A DNA stretch of 63,892 bases, filler included, from Octopus bimaculoides (Eukaryota): assembly GCF_001194135.2 (NCBI RefSeq). It is 5 parts of 4 records of this genome, joined end to end, with 100 filler letters (N's around TTAATTAATTAA, not from the genome) between each part and the next. Parts side by side here need not be neighbours in the genome. Positions count along the whole stretch, not along the records: positions 25,261 to 36,097 come from NC_068981.1; positions 36,198 to 51,903 come from NC_068984.1; 3 more parts are not named here. One strand, 5' to 3'. Positions 27,999 through 40,933 of the stretch are shown here, piece after piece (within the stretch, counting starts at the first letter, position 1; each line of letters starts with the position of its first letter). The notes under the pieces are model-generated. The model did not search any database and was not told the DNA's origin. It worked only from the letters and a program-made list of their open reading frames with translations. The position numbers and the translations under genes were made by a program.

Positions 27999-28864
27999 TA
28001 TTTGTATACATGTATGTTCGTGTGTGTGTATGTATGTACACATGTATATATCTATGTTTTTGTATATATTTATGCTGGTGGCTAGAAATATATTATACTT
28101 ATACATACATACATTCATATATGTGTGTGCATATGCTTGTTCCTTTAATGCTTGCTTTTCTGTTCTATCATGGGTTGCACAGAGAATTATTTATGGCAGA
28201 AATTTACAAACAGATACTCTCCTTGTTGCCATCTTACCTGGTTTTCAAGAAGGATTTCTGTATTCCAGGAGTCTTTGAAGTTACAGAGGGACTGGTGATA
28301 ATGCCAGCATCATCATTGTTTTACAGGGACTAGCATCTTGTCTGTCTTAATTTCAACTACATTGGTGAAAAGTAATCAATTTGTCTTTTGTATTTTACTT
28401 GTCTCAGTCATTAGACAGCAGCCCTGCTGAGGCACCACTTTGAAGAATTTTTTAGTCAAATGAATCAGCTCCTGTACTTTTAGTTTTTTAAGCCTGGTAC
28501 TTATTGTATCAGTCTCATTTTAATGAACTGCTAAGTTATGGGAACAGAAACAAACCAATACCATTTGCCAACTGATGATGGGAGACAAATACAGATACCA
28601 AGACACACACACATACACATGCACGTGTGCACACACATGCACGTGTGCACACACATGCACACACACACACACACACGCATGCACACACACACATGCACAC
28701 ACACACACACATGCACACACACACGCACACACACACATACACACACACGTGATGAGCTCCTTTCAGTTTTCCCCTACCAAATCCACTCATAAGGCTTTGG
28801 TTGAATGACGGCTTTAATAGAAGACACTTGCCCAAAGTGCCATGCTGGAGCTATGTGGTTAGAA

Positions 28865-29325
28865 AGTAAACTTCTTATTTCTTTACTGCCCACAAGGAGC
28901 TACACACAGAGGGGACAAACATGGACAGACAAACGGATTAAGTCGATTATATTGACCCCAGTGCGTAACTGGTACTTATTTAATCGATCCCGAAAGGATG
29001 AAAGGCAAGGTCGACCTCAGCGGAATTTGAACTCAGAACGTAGTGGCAGACGAAATACCGCTTAGCATTTCGCCCAGCATGCTAACGTTTCTTATTTCTT
29101 TACTGCCCACAAGGGGCTACACACATAGGGGACAAACAAGGACAGACAAATGGATTAAGTCGATTATATTGACACCAGTGCGTAACTGGTACTTATTTAA
29201 TCAATCCCGAAAGGATGAAAGGCAAAGTCGACCTCAGCGGAATTTGAACTCAGAACATAGTGGCAGACGAAATACTCTTAAGCATTTTGCCCGGTGTGCT
29301 AACGTTTCTGCCAGCTCGCCGCCTT
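28865..29325 (-). mobile_element. Two tandem SINE B2 copies (B head and core, different 3' tail)
   Basis: Repeated ttatttctttactgcccacaagg.gctacacac..aggggacaaac...aaggatgaaaggcaa.gtcgacctc.gcggaatttgaactcagaac. Further B2 copies at 34430-34655 and 34865-35085. Confidence 0.85.
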
Positions 29326-30209
29326 AGAAAATAAACTTCTTACCACACAGCTATGCCTGCACCTTTATTCCTAAAGTTTAGTTGAGAGGGAAGAAGTTAA
29401 CTGGCAGATGGTGAAAAACCTGCTAGTCTTCTTTTAAGAATAAAGGTAATATGGAAGGATAAAGCAAAAACAATAAATGTGATAAGACACATCAAAGAAA
29501 TTTTGAGATGGAGGTTGAAAATGCTCCTGAGAATCTAACATCTAAACTTAATTTTATATAACACCCCACCCCCATATGGTATTTATTAACAGGTCAGTTT
29601 ATTAATTAATAATTATTGATTATAAATGATTATGATTCCCAATTCTCAGGAGTGCTTTTAGCTGAAAATATGACCAATACCATAAATTGCTCACAATTTG
29701 TACATGAGCATGTGTGTGAGTGTATGTGTGCGTGTGTGTGTGTATGTGTGCGTGTGTGCGTGAGTGTGTGAGGGTATGTGTGTCTTGGTATGCATGTGTG
29801 TGTGTTTATGAGCATGAGTGTCTATGTGCGCATGTTTTGATAAGTGAGCAAAATGTCCGTAAATGGAATGAGTCTGACCTTTCGGAGAGCAACATTAGAT
29901 AATAAAAAAAAATTAAAAAATAGAAAAATAAATAAATAAATAAATAAATAAATAAAAGCTCTATGATAATGTCTAACAACATCGGTTTCAGGTATGACCT
30001 CAATTACTGATCCAACAAGACAGATTGCTTGATGCAGCATATCAGCTCTTCAGCCTACCAAATACACACAGCAGACAGACAAACTGTGAGAAATCTCACT
30101 TGCAAACAATGACCATGTTGTCTTTTGGGATGGATTTGTTCACTTAGCAGTGGACAGACAAGCTTAGACAATAAGGCCAAACAGTATTTTGCTTACAATG
30201 AATATATTG

Positions 30210-30590
30210 AGAGGTAATATTTTTCCCCACATGGGCGTTCTGTTAGAACAAACTATACTGTTGTAGATACCATGAGAGGAACTCTCATACTGGCTGTTGG
30301 TGCAAAATGCACTCTTGTTTATATCGCTAGCAGGGAGATAAATCTGTGTTATCTCCAGTGTCGAGGCCACCAGATCATATGATGGATGAGACTGAGGAAG
30401 GTTGAAATCATGTGTTCTGGTGGTCTCGCTGCTGGAGATGGCAGGAATTTATATCCCTGCTAGCAATATATAACCAACAGTGCATTTTGCACCAAAAGCT
30501 AATATGAAAGTTTCTCTCATGGTGACTACTGCAGTATAGTTTGTTCTAATAGAACATCCACATTTAAGCAGGGATAAATATTACCTCTTG
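30210..30590. mobile_element. Fold-back / long-TIR MITE-like palindrome
   Basis: Arms of about 170 bp (30210-30378 and 30405-30590) are reverse complements, roughly 80% identical by eye, around a short spacer. Confidence 0.8.
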
Positions 30591-30879
30591 GTATTAATAC
30601 TATCTTTGTTGCTAATATATATTTTTAACAAGCTAATTGGCTAATTGTGACACCAGTGTTTGTTCTGGTACTATTTTTCTATATATCACTGGAGGGAAGA
30701 TAAGTTGCTGCTATCTCTAGCGGTTGAGCATCCATCATTGACAAGACCAAAGAGGGATCTTTGTGGTTTTCGTCACTGTTTACAATTTTGTTACAATTGT
30801 TTTCAAATTTGGTATATGGATTAAGTTTTGTATACTAATTAGGAAAATGACTTTCATTTCTCCTATAAATCCATTATTA

Positions 30880-31044
30880 GGAGTGGCTGTGTGGTAAGTA
30901 GCTTACTTACCAACCACATGGTTCTGGGTTCAGTCCCACTGCGTGGCACCTTGGGCAAGTGTCTTCTACTATAGCCTCAGGCCGACCAAAGCCTTGTGAG
31001 TGGATTTGGTAGACGGAAACTGAAAGAAGCCCGTCGTATATATG

Positions 31045-31095
<51 letters not shown>

Positions 31096-31315
31096 TTGCG
31101 TGTCTGTGTCTGTCCCCCCACCATTGCTTGACAACTGATGGTGGTGTGTTTACGTCCCCGTAACTTAGCGATTTGGCAAAAGAGACCGTTAGAATAAGTA
31201 CTAGGCTTCCAAAGAATAAGTCCTGGGGTCGATTTGCTCGACTAAAGGCGGTGCTCCAGCATGGCCGCAGTCAAATGACTGAAACAAGTAAAAGAGTAAA
31301 AGAGTAAAAAGAGCC
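30880..31315 (+). mobile_element. SINE family A, full length with internal (TA)/(TG) repeat
   Basis: ggagtggctgtgtggtaag A-box, gggttcagtccc B-box, body, and tail aaacaagtaaaagagtaaaagag. Confidence 0.9.
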
Positions 31316-31319
31316 TTTA

Positions 31320-32769
31320 AAATTTGCATAATTTAGGTATTTCAGCCAATCAGAAGTGAGTATTTTACACATCACCTTGGTGAAGAATTGGGCCCTGTGT
31401 GTTCCAAAATGTTGGTGCAGGCAGAGGGAATGGCACCCAGATCCTAAGACCTCACATTATACCCTTCTTTGTGCATCACTATAGCCACATGTTCCAGAAG
31501 GCTGATGCTCCCTCCCACACAGTCAGGGTCATCATGGACTTCTTGCATCAGCACAACATCAGAACCATGCCGTGACAGACTCTCAGCCTGGATTTGAATC
31601 CAATTGAACACCTATGGGATGAAATCTAGAGATGGCTGAACCAGGTAGTCTCATGTTTGACAACTCATGTGGAACTAGAGGCAGCTTTCCTCAGAGTGTG
31701 GGCACAGGTGTCAATGGCTTTTGTGAACTGCCTCATGCACTCCATGTACCGATGGTGCATAGCTGTTTTGAACACCCAGAGAGGGCATACATGGTATTGA
31801 ACATGTCATGTACTACAATCCTGATGTACTGTACGACCAGAACATATGACAATAACCCATAGACTGTAGTCAAAGTGCATCCAAGAAATTGACTTTATCT
31901 ATGATGCTTTGGCCACCCCATGCATCTCTCTCCATGATACATGCATCTTTGTAGCGTTCACCTCTCCTATGCCGTACCCTCACTCTGCCATCCCAACTGG
32001 AAACGCAGTACCGGCTCTCGTCAGAGAAGACTATTAACCTCCATTGTTGAGGCTACCAATGTCAGTGCTGTGTAGCCCACTGTTGTCATGCCTGATGGTA
32101 GTGAGCAGTGAGAACAAGCCCTTGAGCAGGACGATGGCAATGCAGGTTGTTGGTGGCCAGTCGACGTTGTACTGTGTCATCGCTGATGGGTCGCTGTCCA
32201 CTGCCAATGGTCTCGTGAACTGTCATACTGGCCTGTCTGAAGTGAACATGGAGTTGATGTAGGTGGATGAAGTAGTCCTGCCTGGGCTTGGTCACTCAGG
32301 TGGAGGGCCCTCAGTGGGCACAGTCTGCAATGCTGTTGGTGTTGTTGTATTGCTGTTGCAGGCAATAAATGGTGTTGACATGGACATTGTAAGCTTTCAC
32401 AACAACCAGGGCATGCTGCTCTGCTTGCAATCAGCTGATAGGTTGTTCTCTCTGTGCTGCTGACAATCGGGTCATACCTGATGCATCCAAATTACAAATG
32501 CCAGGAACGTGGTTCAAGTTGATCTACAAGATGCACGTGCATTTCAGTTTTTGTGACAATTGTTTGTGACTGCCACCCACGGCAATCAATGCAGCTGCAT
32601 TTTGGCATCTCGTTTCAGGGAAAGTTTAAACGTTACCTGCAACATGGGTCTCAGACATAAACCAGCATGTCTTGGAATATTTATTCTTACTTCCCTGAAA
32701 TAAATTTTCAAAATTTACCATATAAAAAATGACATTTGAAAAAAATTGCATTTCTTTTGCAGTTCAGTG
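31320..32769 (-). mobile_element. Decayed Tc1 (DD34E) transposon with an inverted internal segment
   Basis: Left end TA|cactgaactgcaaaagaaatgc at 32769. Minus strand 32475-31895 gives MTRLSAAQRE...IVFSDESRY...WGGQSI. Plus strand 31385-31800 gives IGP...ILRPHIIP...FQKADAPSH...DLNPIEHLWDEI...GHTWY*. Confidence 0.9.
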
Positions 32770-33247
32770 TATTTCTGTCCCTCTAGTCATTTTCTAACTG
32801 CTCATCACTTGGCACAATTATGAAAGGAAGGGCATCCAGCCATAGAAAATTTATCTCAACAAAATTCCTTCTGTCTCATGCAAACATGGAAAAGAAAATG
32901 TTAAACTGATGAGGGTGATGATGAAAGAGAAAGAAATCCATAAATACATGGAAATTAGAGTGAATTTAGAGTTTTGTTTATGCTGATATTCTGTTTTATA
33001 GTGTGTTGGACAGAGAATTGAGAAGCCAGAAATTGGTGTAAGTTCATTGTAATAGTATGCACACGCACACACACACACACACACACACACGCATACACAT
33101 GCACACATACACACACACAAAGCACACGTTCTCACACATGCATACAAGCACATACCCAAAACACATACACAAAGCACACATGCACACAAAGCAAGCATGC
33201 ACACATGCACTAAAACAAGCACACAACATAATTTCACAAATTGGTGC

Positions 33248-33288
<41 letters not shown>

Positions 33289-33862
33289 CACACAAACACA
33301 CACACTTAAAAGTTTAGCAACATTGCTTCCATTGCAGCAACAAAATGGCTTTGTTGAGCTCTGTTGTTGCTAGGTTGCTATTTCTGGACAGAGATTATGA
33401 TATTTTTGTTTGTCCTCACATTAAAAAAAAAAATGTTCACTAAAAAAAGTAAAAAAGAAAAAGAAGTCTATGCAGAAAGTAAAAAACTTTAATTATAGTA
33501 AGACATATAGATTCTCTGTTGGTACTGATAATGAACATTCCAGTTATTTAATCACCTGATCTAGATTCTCATTGAATTATAATATCGGCAGCTGAGTATT
33601 CTATAAATACTTGCATCTTTAAAATAATCCTTAGAAAGAATCAACATGACACAGTGTTTGACAAAGCTGGCCATTTTAATTATAGGTGTTATCCATTTAG
33701 CAGGCATCCACAAAGTTGCTGTCTACATGATTTCACACTGTGAGATTTGGATGACCTAAAACTATGCCAAAAAATACTTGCACAAGATGCCACACTTTGG
33801 TTTGAAACCAGAATCTCTTGATTATGAAATGAATAACTTAGCCATTTGTTCATGCCAGCATC

Positions 33863-33895
<33 letters not shown>

Positions 33896-35489
33896 ATGCA
33901 CGTGCAATTTCCTTGTCTTGGCATCGTGTGAGATTTGTGAAAAATATAATCAGTGTTACTGCCATGTAACTGGTACTAATCATTTCCAGTCTTTGACAAA
34001 GCATGTTTGGCAATGGGAAAATATTACCTTGCTTGAAAACAGATGAGGGTTGGCAATAGGAAAGGTGTCTGGTCATAGAAAATCTGCCTCTGTGGACTCC
34101 ATCAGACACACAAAAAAGTGGTCATTAAAATGATGATGATGATAATGGTAGTGAGGAGAAGATGGAAGATGACAATGATGGCTATGATACCAGCACCGAT
34201 GCCATCATTGCTGCTGTTTCTGCCACTGTTATAATGTAAGATGAATAACGATATTGTGCTCAGATAATAACTTTATAAATGAACTGAGAAAACGTTGCAG
34301 TAATTCTGAACTGAAATGCAAGATGGCCAACTGTAACTTCATTTGTTCACAATGCAGAATGAACCATCTGTACCACAGTAAGTGTGCTAAGGTGAAAAGA
34401 GTAAATCCACAACAAGGAATCAATGTTATCTTATTTCTTTATTGCCCACAAGTGGCTAAACACAGAGGGGACACAGACAAAGGGATTAAGTTGATTACAT
34501 AGACCTCAGTGTGTAACTGGTACTTAATTTATCGATCCGAAAAGGATGAAAGGAAAAGTCGACCTCAGCGGAATTTGAACTCAGAACGTAATGGCAAGAC
34601 AAAATACCGCTAAGCATTTCACCTGGCGTGCTAACGTCTCTGCCAGCTCGCCGTCAACTGATGGTTGACCCTAGCATTCCAGCAGGTAAAGTAATGCTTC
34701 TACCTGCATTCAATGTATATCTAATATCTCTTGGTTGAGTCCATAAAGTGTCCCCTTGGACGAATTAACATAAGCTTATGTGGTAGTGTAAAATGTCACA
34801 TGACAGAATCATGTCCATTGATTGGATGACATTTAATAAACAATGTTTTTGTGTTGAGACAATTTCTTATTTCTTTACTGCCTACAAGGGGCTAAACATA
34901 GAGGGGACAAACTTGGACAAACGGATTAAGTCAATTATATCGACTCCAGTGCGTAACTGGTACTTATTTAATCGACCCCGAAAGGATGAAAGGCAAAGTC
35001 AACCTTGGCGGAATTTGAACTCAGAACTAGCGGCAGACGAAATACTGCTAAGCATTTCACCCGGCGTGCTAACGTTTCTGCTAACAATTTCTGCTTACCA
35101 AAAGTGGCCCACTTGGCACCGTGCATTCATTGCAAACGATTCGTACAGCCGCCTCCGGTCGGCCAAAACTGACCTTACCTGTGCTTGTGCCATGTAAAAA
35201 GCACTACTCACCTAGTCCATGCTTGTACCACGAAAAATGCACTAAGTCCACTCTGCTGAGTGGTTGGTGTTAGGAAGGGCATCCAGGAGTAAAAATCCTG
35301 CCAAAACAGTCACAGAAGGCTAAACAACAATGACAACAACAACGACAACAGCAAATTCCTCTATGGTGAGGACACTTGTGAATTAGGCTGTGCCACAATT
35401 AAAAATCAATAATCAAATTGATTGGGAAAACATAAATCATTAGCATTCATTTTATCTTCTTAAAATTCACAACCTTTAAAAACCACCCA

Positions 35490-36097
<608 letters not shown>

Positions 36098-36197
36098 NNN
36101 NNNNNNNNNNNNNNNNNNNNNNNNNNNNNNNNNNNNNNNNNTTAATTAATTAANNNNNNNNNNNNNNNNNNNNNNNNNNNNNNNNNNNNNNNNNNNN

Positions 36198-36500
36198 ACG
36201 GAGCATACTGGCTTCATTCCTTGCGAGCTTACGTATGTCCTCAGCAGTTACAGCCCATGTTTCACTGCCATGTAGCATGGTTGTTCGTACGCATGCGTCA
36301 TACAGTCTGCCTTTTACTCTGAGTGAGAGTCCCTTTGTCGCCAGCAGGGGTAAGAGCTCTCTAAACTTTGCCCAGGCTATTCTTATTCTAGCAGCTACAC
36401 TTTCAGCGCACCCACCCCCACTACTAACTTGGTCGCCCAGATAGCGGAAGCTATCGACTACCTCTAGTTTTTCACCCTGGAATGAGATAGAAGTTGTTTC
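36198..36500 (-). mobile_element. RTE/BovB-clade LINE ORF fragment (RT thumb region), cut by a scaffold join
   Basis: EKLEVVDSFRYLGDQVSSGGGCAESVAARIRIAWAKFRELLPLL...KGRLYDACVRTTMLHGSETW, an uninterrupted typical RTE motif. Confidence 0.9.
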
Positions 36501-36985
36501 CTGTTTGTTTGCAGTCTTTATATATAAACACAAAATATAATATAAACATTAATACAATATAAAAAATATAATATATGAACATATGGAATATAAAAATAAT
36601 ATAATGTATACAAATTTGACAAAAAATATATTAAAATAAAAATACAAATTCAGTGAAAATAAAGCAAAATAAAATGGTTTTTAAATGTAGGAATGGTAGA
36701 AATTTCTGGAAGGTTTAGATTTTTGTCTGGGAGATGGTGATAAAGGAAGTTGAATATGGGAATAATGAGGGTAAGGAGTTGTGTTGTCTGGAACTGAAGA
36801 GTAAGAAGACAATGTCTGGGTATTGTAATGAGCGAAAGATGGAGAATGTCCTTGTGTTGTGATTGGGTGGACGGAGTTGAGTCATGTGACCGAGGGAAGA
36901 ATTTGTTATTGTGACTCTGAGGGAAGAATCTTGTTATTGTCAGGAAATAAATGTGTTGAGTTCTTGTGGTACAAGAAGCTATATA

Positions 36986-37265
36986 CAGTGATCCCTCGAC
37001 TATTGCCAGTGTTACGTTTCAACCCCCCCACGATGGGGGGGGGGGAATCAGCAAAGTAGAAACAGTATTGTCTACTTTTTTAATTATTTTTATAATTTGT
37101 ATATATTTTCTTTTTTTATTATAAATGCAAAATAACACCATGGAGGAATCGGTGTAAGCGTAAATAATAAACCACGATAGGGGAACCACGACAGGTGAAC
37201 CACGACAGGTGAACCATGACAAGTGAACCATGATAGGTGACCCACGATATGGCGAGGGATTACTG
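36986..37265. mobile_element. Tigger/pogo-like MITE
   Basis: TA|cagtgatccctcg ... cgagggattactg|TA, with internal ~14-bp tandem units gaaccacgacaggt. Confidence 0.8.
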
Positions 37266-37334
37266 TACTGTCACTGTGACTGAGGGGCAAGGTGTAACCC
37301 CTGAACATGACCCTTGTATGTCACCTACACCATA

Positions 37335-37535
37335 ATAATGATTTCAAATTTTGGCACAAGGCAGGTAATTTCAAGGAAGGAGGTGAGTCAATTAGATTGA
37401 CCCCAGGATTCAACTGGTACTTGTTTTATTGACCCCGAAAGAATGAAAGGCAAAGTTAACATCAGTTGAAAGGCAAAGTTCAACTCAGAATGTAAGAATG
37501 GCTAAAATGCCGCTAACCATTCTGCCAGCTCAATA
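37335..37535 (-). mobile_element. SINE family B
   Basis: Reverse copy of the core and head. Confidence 0.75.
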
Positions 37536-38430
37536 CTTTACTGAGACCATAATATTCGTTTCTACTTTTAGCACAAGGCCTGGAATTTTGGAGGAGGAGG
37601 AGGGTTTGGGAATTGAACTCATGACTTCATGATTGTAAGCTGAATATCCTGATCACTAAACTACACACCTTCACTGGAGGAAGGGAAAGAGTGAGGGAAA
37701 CAGGAGAATGAATAAGGAGTGGAGGGGTGGTGGCCATAAAAGTGGTCTCTTTGATTGGTTCTTTTAGAACATGTAATGCTTACATATGAGGGGTGGGGGG
37801 AGAAACAAAGAGCGAGAGAGAGAGAGAGAGAGAGAGAAAACAAAGATATATATAGAGACAGACAGACAGACAGAAAAACAGAGAAAGAGAGAGTGTGAGT
37901 GTATGTGTCTGAGTGATTAGCTGTAAGAGGAGTAAGAACAAAAGAAAGTGATAGTGAGACAAGTAAAAATGAAGGGGAGGAAGAGGAATAGTAAGGAAAA
38001 TGAAGCCTGGGAGAGGGAAGAGTAAAAACATGTAAAGGAGAGTAAGGATGGCTGGAATAAAGAATGGGAGAGAAGGAGGAAGTGGAGAGAAAATAAGGAG
38101 GTGTAAGACTGGAAGTGGAGTGAGGGGGTGTAATGAAAGAAAATAACAGTGGTGGAGAGTAACAATGTGAAAGAGTAATAGTGGGAGGAAGGAGAATGAG
38201 GACAAAACAATAGTGGGAGAAAGGAACAAAGGAATAACTATAAATAGGGAGTTTGAATGACTCCCTTTCGAAAAATTTTTGCAAAGTGAAAGTGAAAGTA
38301 AAAACGTATGGAGAATGGCGGAAGAACCGAGGTGGAAGAATAACAAGAATGAAGCTAAAAATCGGTGAAGCTTTCAGTTGCTGCCTTTGGGGTGTTGTTG
38401 GCTAGCAATTACAGGTGTACTCTGTCCTAC

Positions 38431-38517
38431 CTGTTGAATGTACTCTAAATCAGTATCAAGGTCTATGATATTTGGAGTAACAGCAGCTTGCGGCACAGGT
38501 TTGTTATTTGAAGGTAC
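38431..38517 (-). CDS. Dab: Dab internal exon VPSNNKPVPQAAVTPNIIDLDTDLEYIQQ
   Basis: Long polypyrimidine tract then catcag| acceptor, cag|gtagga donor, 87 nt, phase 0/0. It starts with VP like DAB1 exon 9, and IIDLDTDLEYIQQ resembles the insect Dab 'LVDLEQELTSLQ' block (recalled, not searched). Confidence 0.75.
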
Positions 38518-38845
38518 CTGATGATATCATAACAGAAAGACGGAAAGAAAGAGAGAAAGAGAAAATAAACAAAGAAATCTCAATAAAAAAATCAAAAGTG
38601 TTTAGTTGATGTGAATATTGATTATCAGCAGTGAAGGAATCAAATATTGGTACGGTGTTGCACTGTGATGCAACAACAACAACAGTAGAGACATATGAGA
38701 TATCTGGAAGCTGGAGAAAATGGTATTACAATACAGGTAAATAGTTTGAGATGAAAGAGAAAGAAAGAGGGAGAGAGAGAGAAATTGATGGGTAACTAAA
38801 TAGTCAGATAAACAAATATGAATATATATAGACATAGATAGATAT

Positions 38846-38886
<41 letters not shown>

Positions 38887-38947
38887 CAGATGATAGAATG
38901 GATATAGAAAACGCACATACAAACATGCATAGAGATAGATGAATATA

Positions 38948-39175
38948 TTGGGTTGTCCGGAAAGTTTGTGCCAATTTATAGTAGCTTACCTTTCGACTTA
39001 TTTGCCATGAAACCACCTCAATTCTGGGAAGAGGGTATTTTCAAGTTAAAGGAAAGATGGAGACGCATTGTGCAACAAAATGGTTCATATTTGGTTGATT
39101 AAAAATGTAATGGCAAGTATTTATTGACCGTTTTCTTTCCTTTAAAAATCAGCACGAACTTTCCGGACAACTCAG
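38948..39175 (+). mobile_element. Internally deleted mariner (MITE), second family
   Basis: TA|ttgggttgtccggaaagtt ... aactttccggacaactcag|TA. Retains FWEEGIFKLKERWRRIVQQNGSYLVD*. Confidence 0.85.
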
Positions 39176-39251
39176 TATAAACAGACATACAAATAGACTG
39201 GACAGATAAACATAATTGTATGTGTGTGTGTGTGTGTGTGTGTGTATAAAA

Positions 39252-39279
<28 letters not shown>

Positions 39280-39282
<3 letters not shown>

Positions 39283-39630
39283 GGCCGATGACAGTAGCGC
39301 CTGATTGGCACTCGTGCTGGTGGCATGTAAAAAGCACCATTCGAGCATGATCAGTACCAGACTAGCTCCCATGCCAGTGGCACGTAAAAAGCACCATTCA
39401 AGCGTGGTTGATGCCAGAACTGCCTGAGTAGCCCTCGTGCCGGTGGCATGTAAAAAGCATCCTCTACACTCTCAGAGTGGTTGGCGTTAGGAAGGGCATC
39501 CAGCTGTAGAAACTTTGCTAGATTGGATTGGCGCCTGGTGCAGCCTTCTGGCTTGCCAGCCCTCAGTCAAACCATCCATCCCATGCCAGCATGGAAAATG
39601 GACGTTTAAACGACGATGATGAGGATGATA
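39280..39630 (+). mobile_element. RTE-type 3' UTR copy
   Basis: Internal repeated tggcacgtaaaaagcacc units and (GAT)n tail. Confidence 0.75.
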
Positions 39631-39822
39631 GATAGATAGATATAGATATATGAAGAGAGAAGAGATGAGAGAGAGAAGAGATGAGAGAGAGAGAGAGAGT
39701 ATCAGTAATCCATTTTGATTACTTATTTTAGTTGATTGTATTTGCCTTTTCTTGATAGGCCTTTCTACATATTTTGTATTTTTATGTGCGTATATATTTT
39801 TTATCTTCTGTGCTTTTATATA

Positions 39823-40150
39823 TCATCATCACCATCATCAACATGTAATGTCCGTTGACCATGCTGGCATGGATTGGACGGCTTGACTGGGCAGGCATGC
39901 TGGAAGGCTGCACCAGACTCCAGTCTGATTTGGCATGGTTTTCTATGACTGGATGTCCTTCCTAACACCAACCACTCCGTGAGTGTAATCGGTACTTTTA
40001 CGTGCCACTTGCACAGATGCCATTTGGTGACACTGGGGTGCATTTACATGCCACTGTCATGGGTGCCAATTTGCATGACACCAGAATCTGCCACGACTGC
40101 GATTTTGCTCGACTTGATGGGTCTTCTTCTCAAACACAACATAATGCCAA
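39823..40150 (-). mobile_element. RTE-type 3' UTR copy, inverted relative to 39280-39630
   Basis: (CAT)n followed by the reverse complement of the same UTR. Confidence 0.75.
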
Positions 40151-40379
40151 AGGTCTTGGCCAGTTATTTAAATTCGTTCCTCCTACATTTTCAGAATGGT
40201 ACATTTTCCCAGCTGAGAGTTTAGCTAGCCTATGGAAGCACAGAGTCTAGTAAGGGGTTGGAGTCAAAATCACAAAGGCCTGAGTTCAAATACTGAACAG
40301 GATAGCATGTGTCCTTGAGCAAAGTACATCATTTCACATTGTGAAAATGAATATCAGTCAAGTGCTATATGTATTCCTT

Positions 40380-40771
40380 AGTCATCATTCCGCTAGTGTT
40401 AGGAACATAAATTGCGATTAAGGTTTGGTAGGAGACTTTAATTCTAAATTTATGAAAACAAGACATTTGTACAACAGAGCCAGAGGAGGTCTCGGCCAGG
40501 TTGGTATTGAAAGGGTTAAGAATTGTTTCTCTATTATATATTTTAACCCTTATGTTACCATATTTATTTTTAGATGTTCTGTGTTTCTTTCAATTAATTT
40601 TAAATATAACAAAGAATTTAGTAAAATAATTTAATTATCATTCAGCTAGTGTTAGGAACATAAATTGTGACTAAAGTTTGGTGGAAGATTTTAATTCAAA
40701 ACTTATGTAAACAAGACATTTGTATGACAGAGCTAGAATCAGTTTCAGCCAGGTTGGTATCAAAAGGATTA
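40380..40771 (+). mobile_element. Two copies of a piggyBac-like MITE (partial 40380-40515, complete 40547-40768)
   Basis: TTAA|ccct... and ...aggg|TTAA ends. The bodies share gctagtgttaggaacataaattg...aaacaagacatttgta. Confidence 0.75.
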
Positions 40772-40933
40772 CTGTATTTTAACGTGTATAAGAAACCCCC
40801 TAATTTGGGGGCTTAAAATTTGGAAAAAAAAGGTTTTGTAGGGGATTATAATACTATCCATGTATATGAAACTCCCATATGTTTTTAACCTAATTTTTGA
40901 CAAAAAAGGGTTCCTTATACACGTTAAATACAG
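40772..40933. mobile_element. TA-flanked Tc1/mariner-superfamily MITE
   Basis: TA|ctgtattttaacgtgtataag ... cttatacacgttaaatacag|TA. Confidence 0.85.

Noticed and set aside
28238-28291. 54-nt candidate minus-strand exon (PSVTSKTPGIQKSFLKT) with CAG|GTAAGA donor
   Set aside because: No polypyrimidine tract, phase 2/2 does not fit the phase-0 Dab exons, and no recognisable homology.
36690-36890. Ser/Pro/Tyr-rich minus-strand open frame
   Set aside because: Purine/pyrimidine-biased low-complexity sequence without a phase-0 acceptor.
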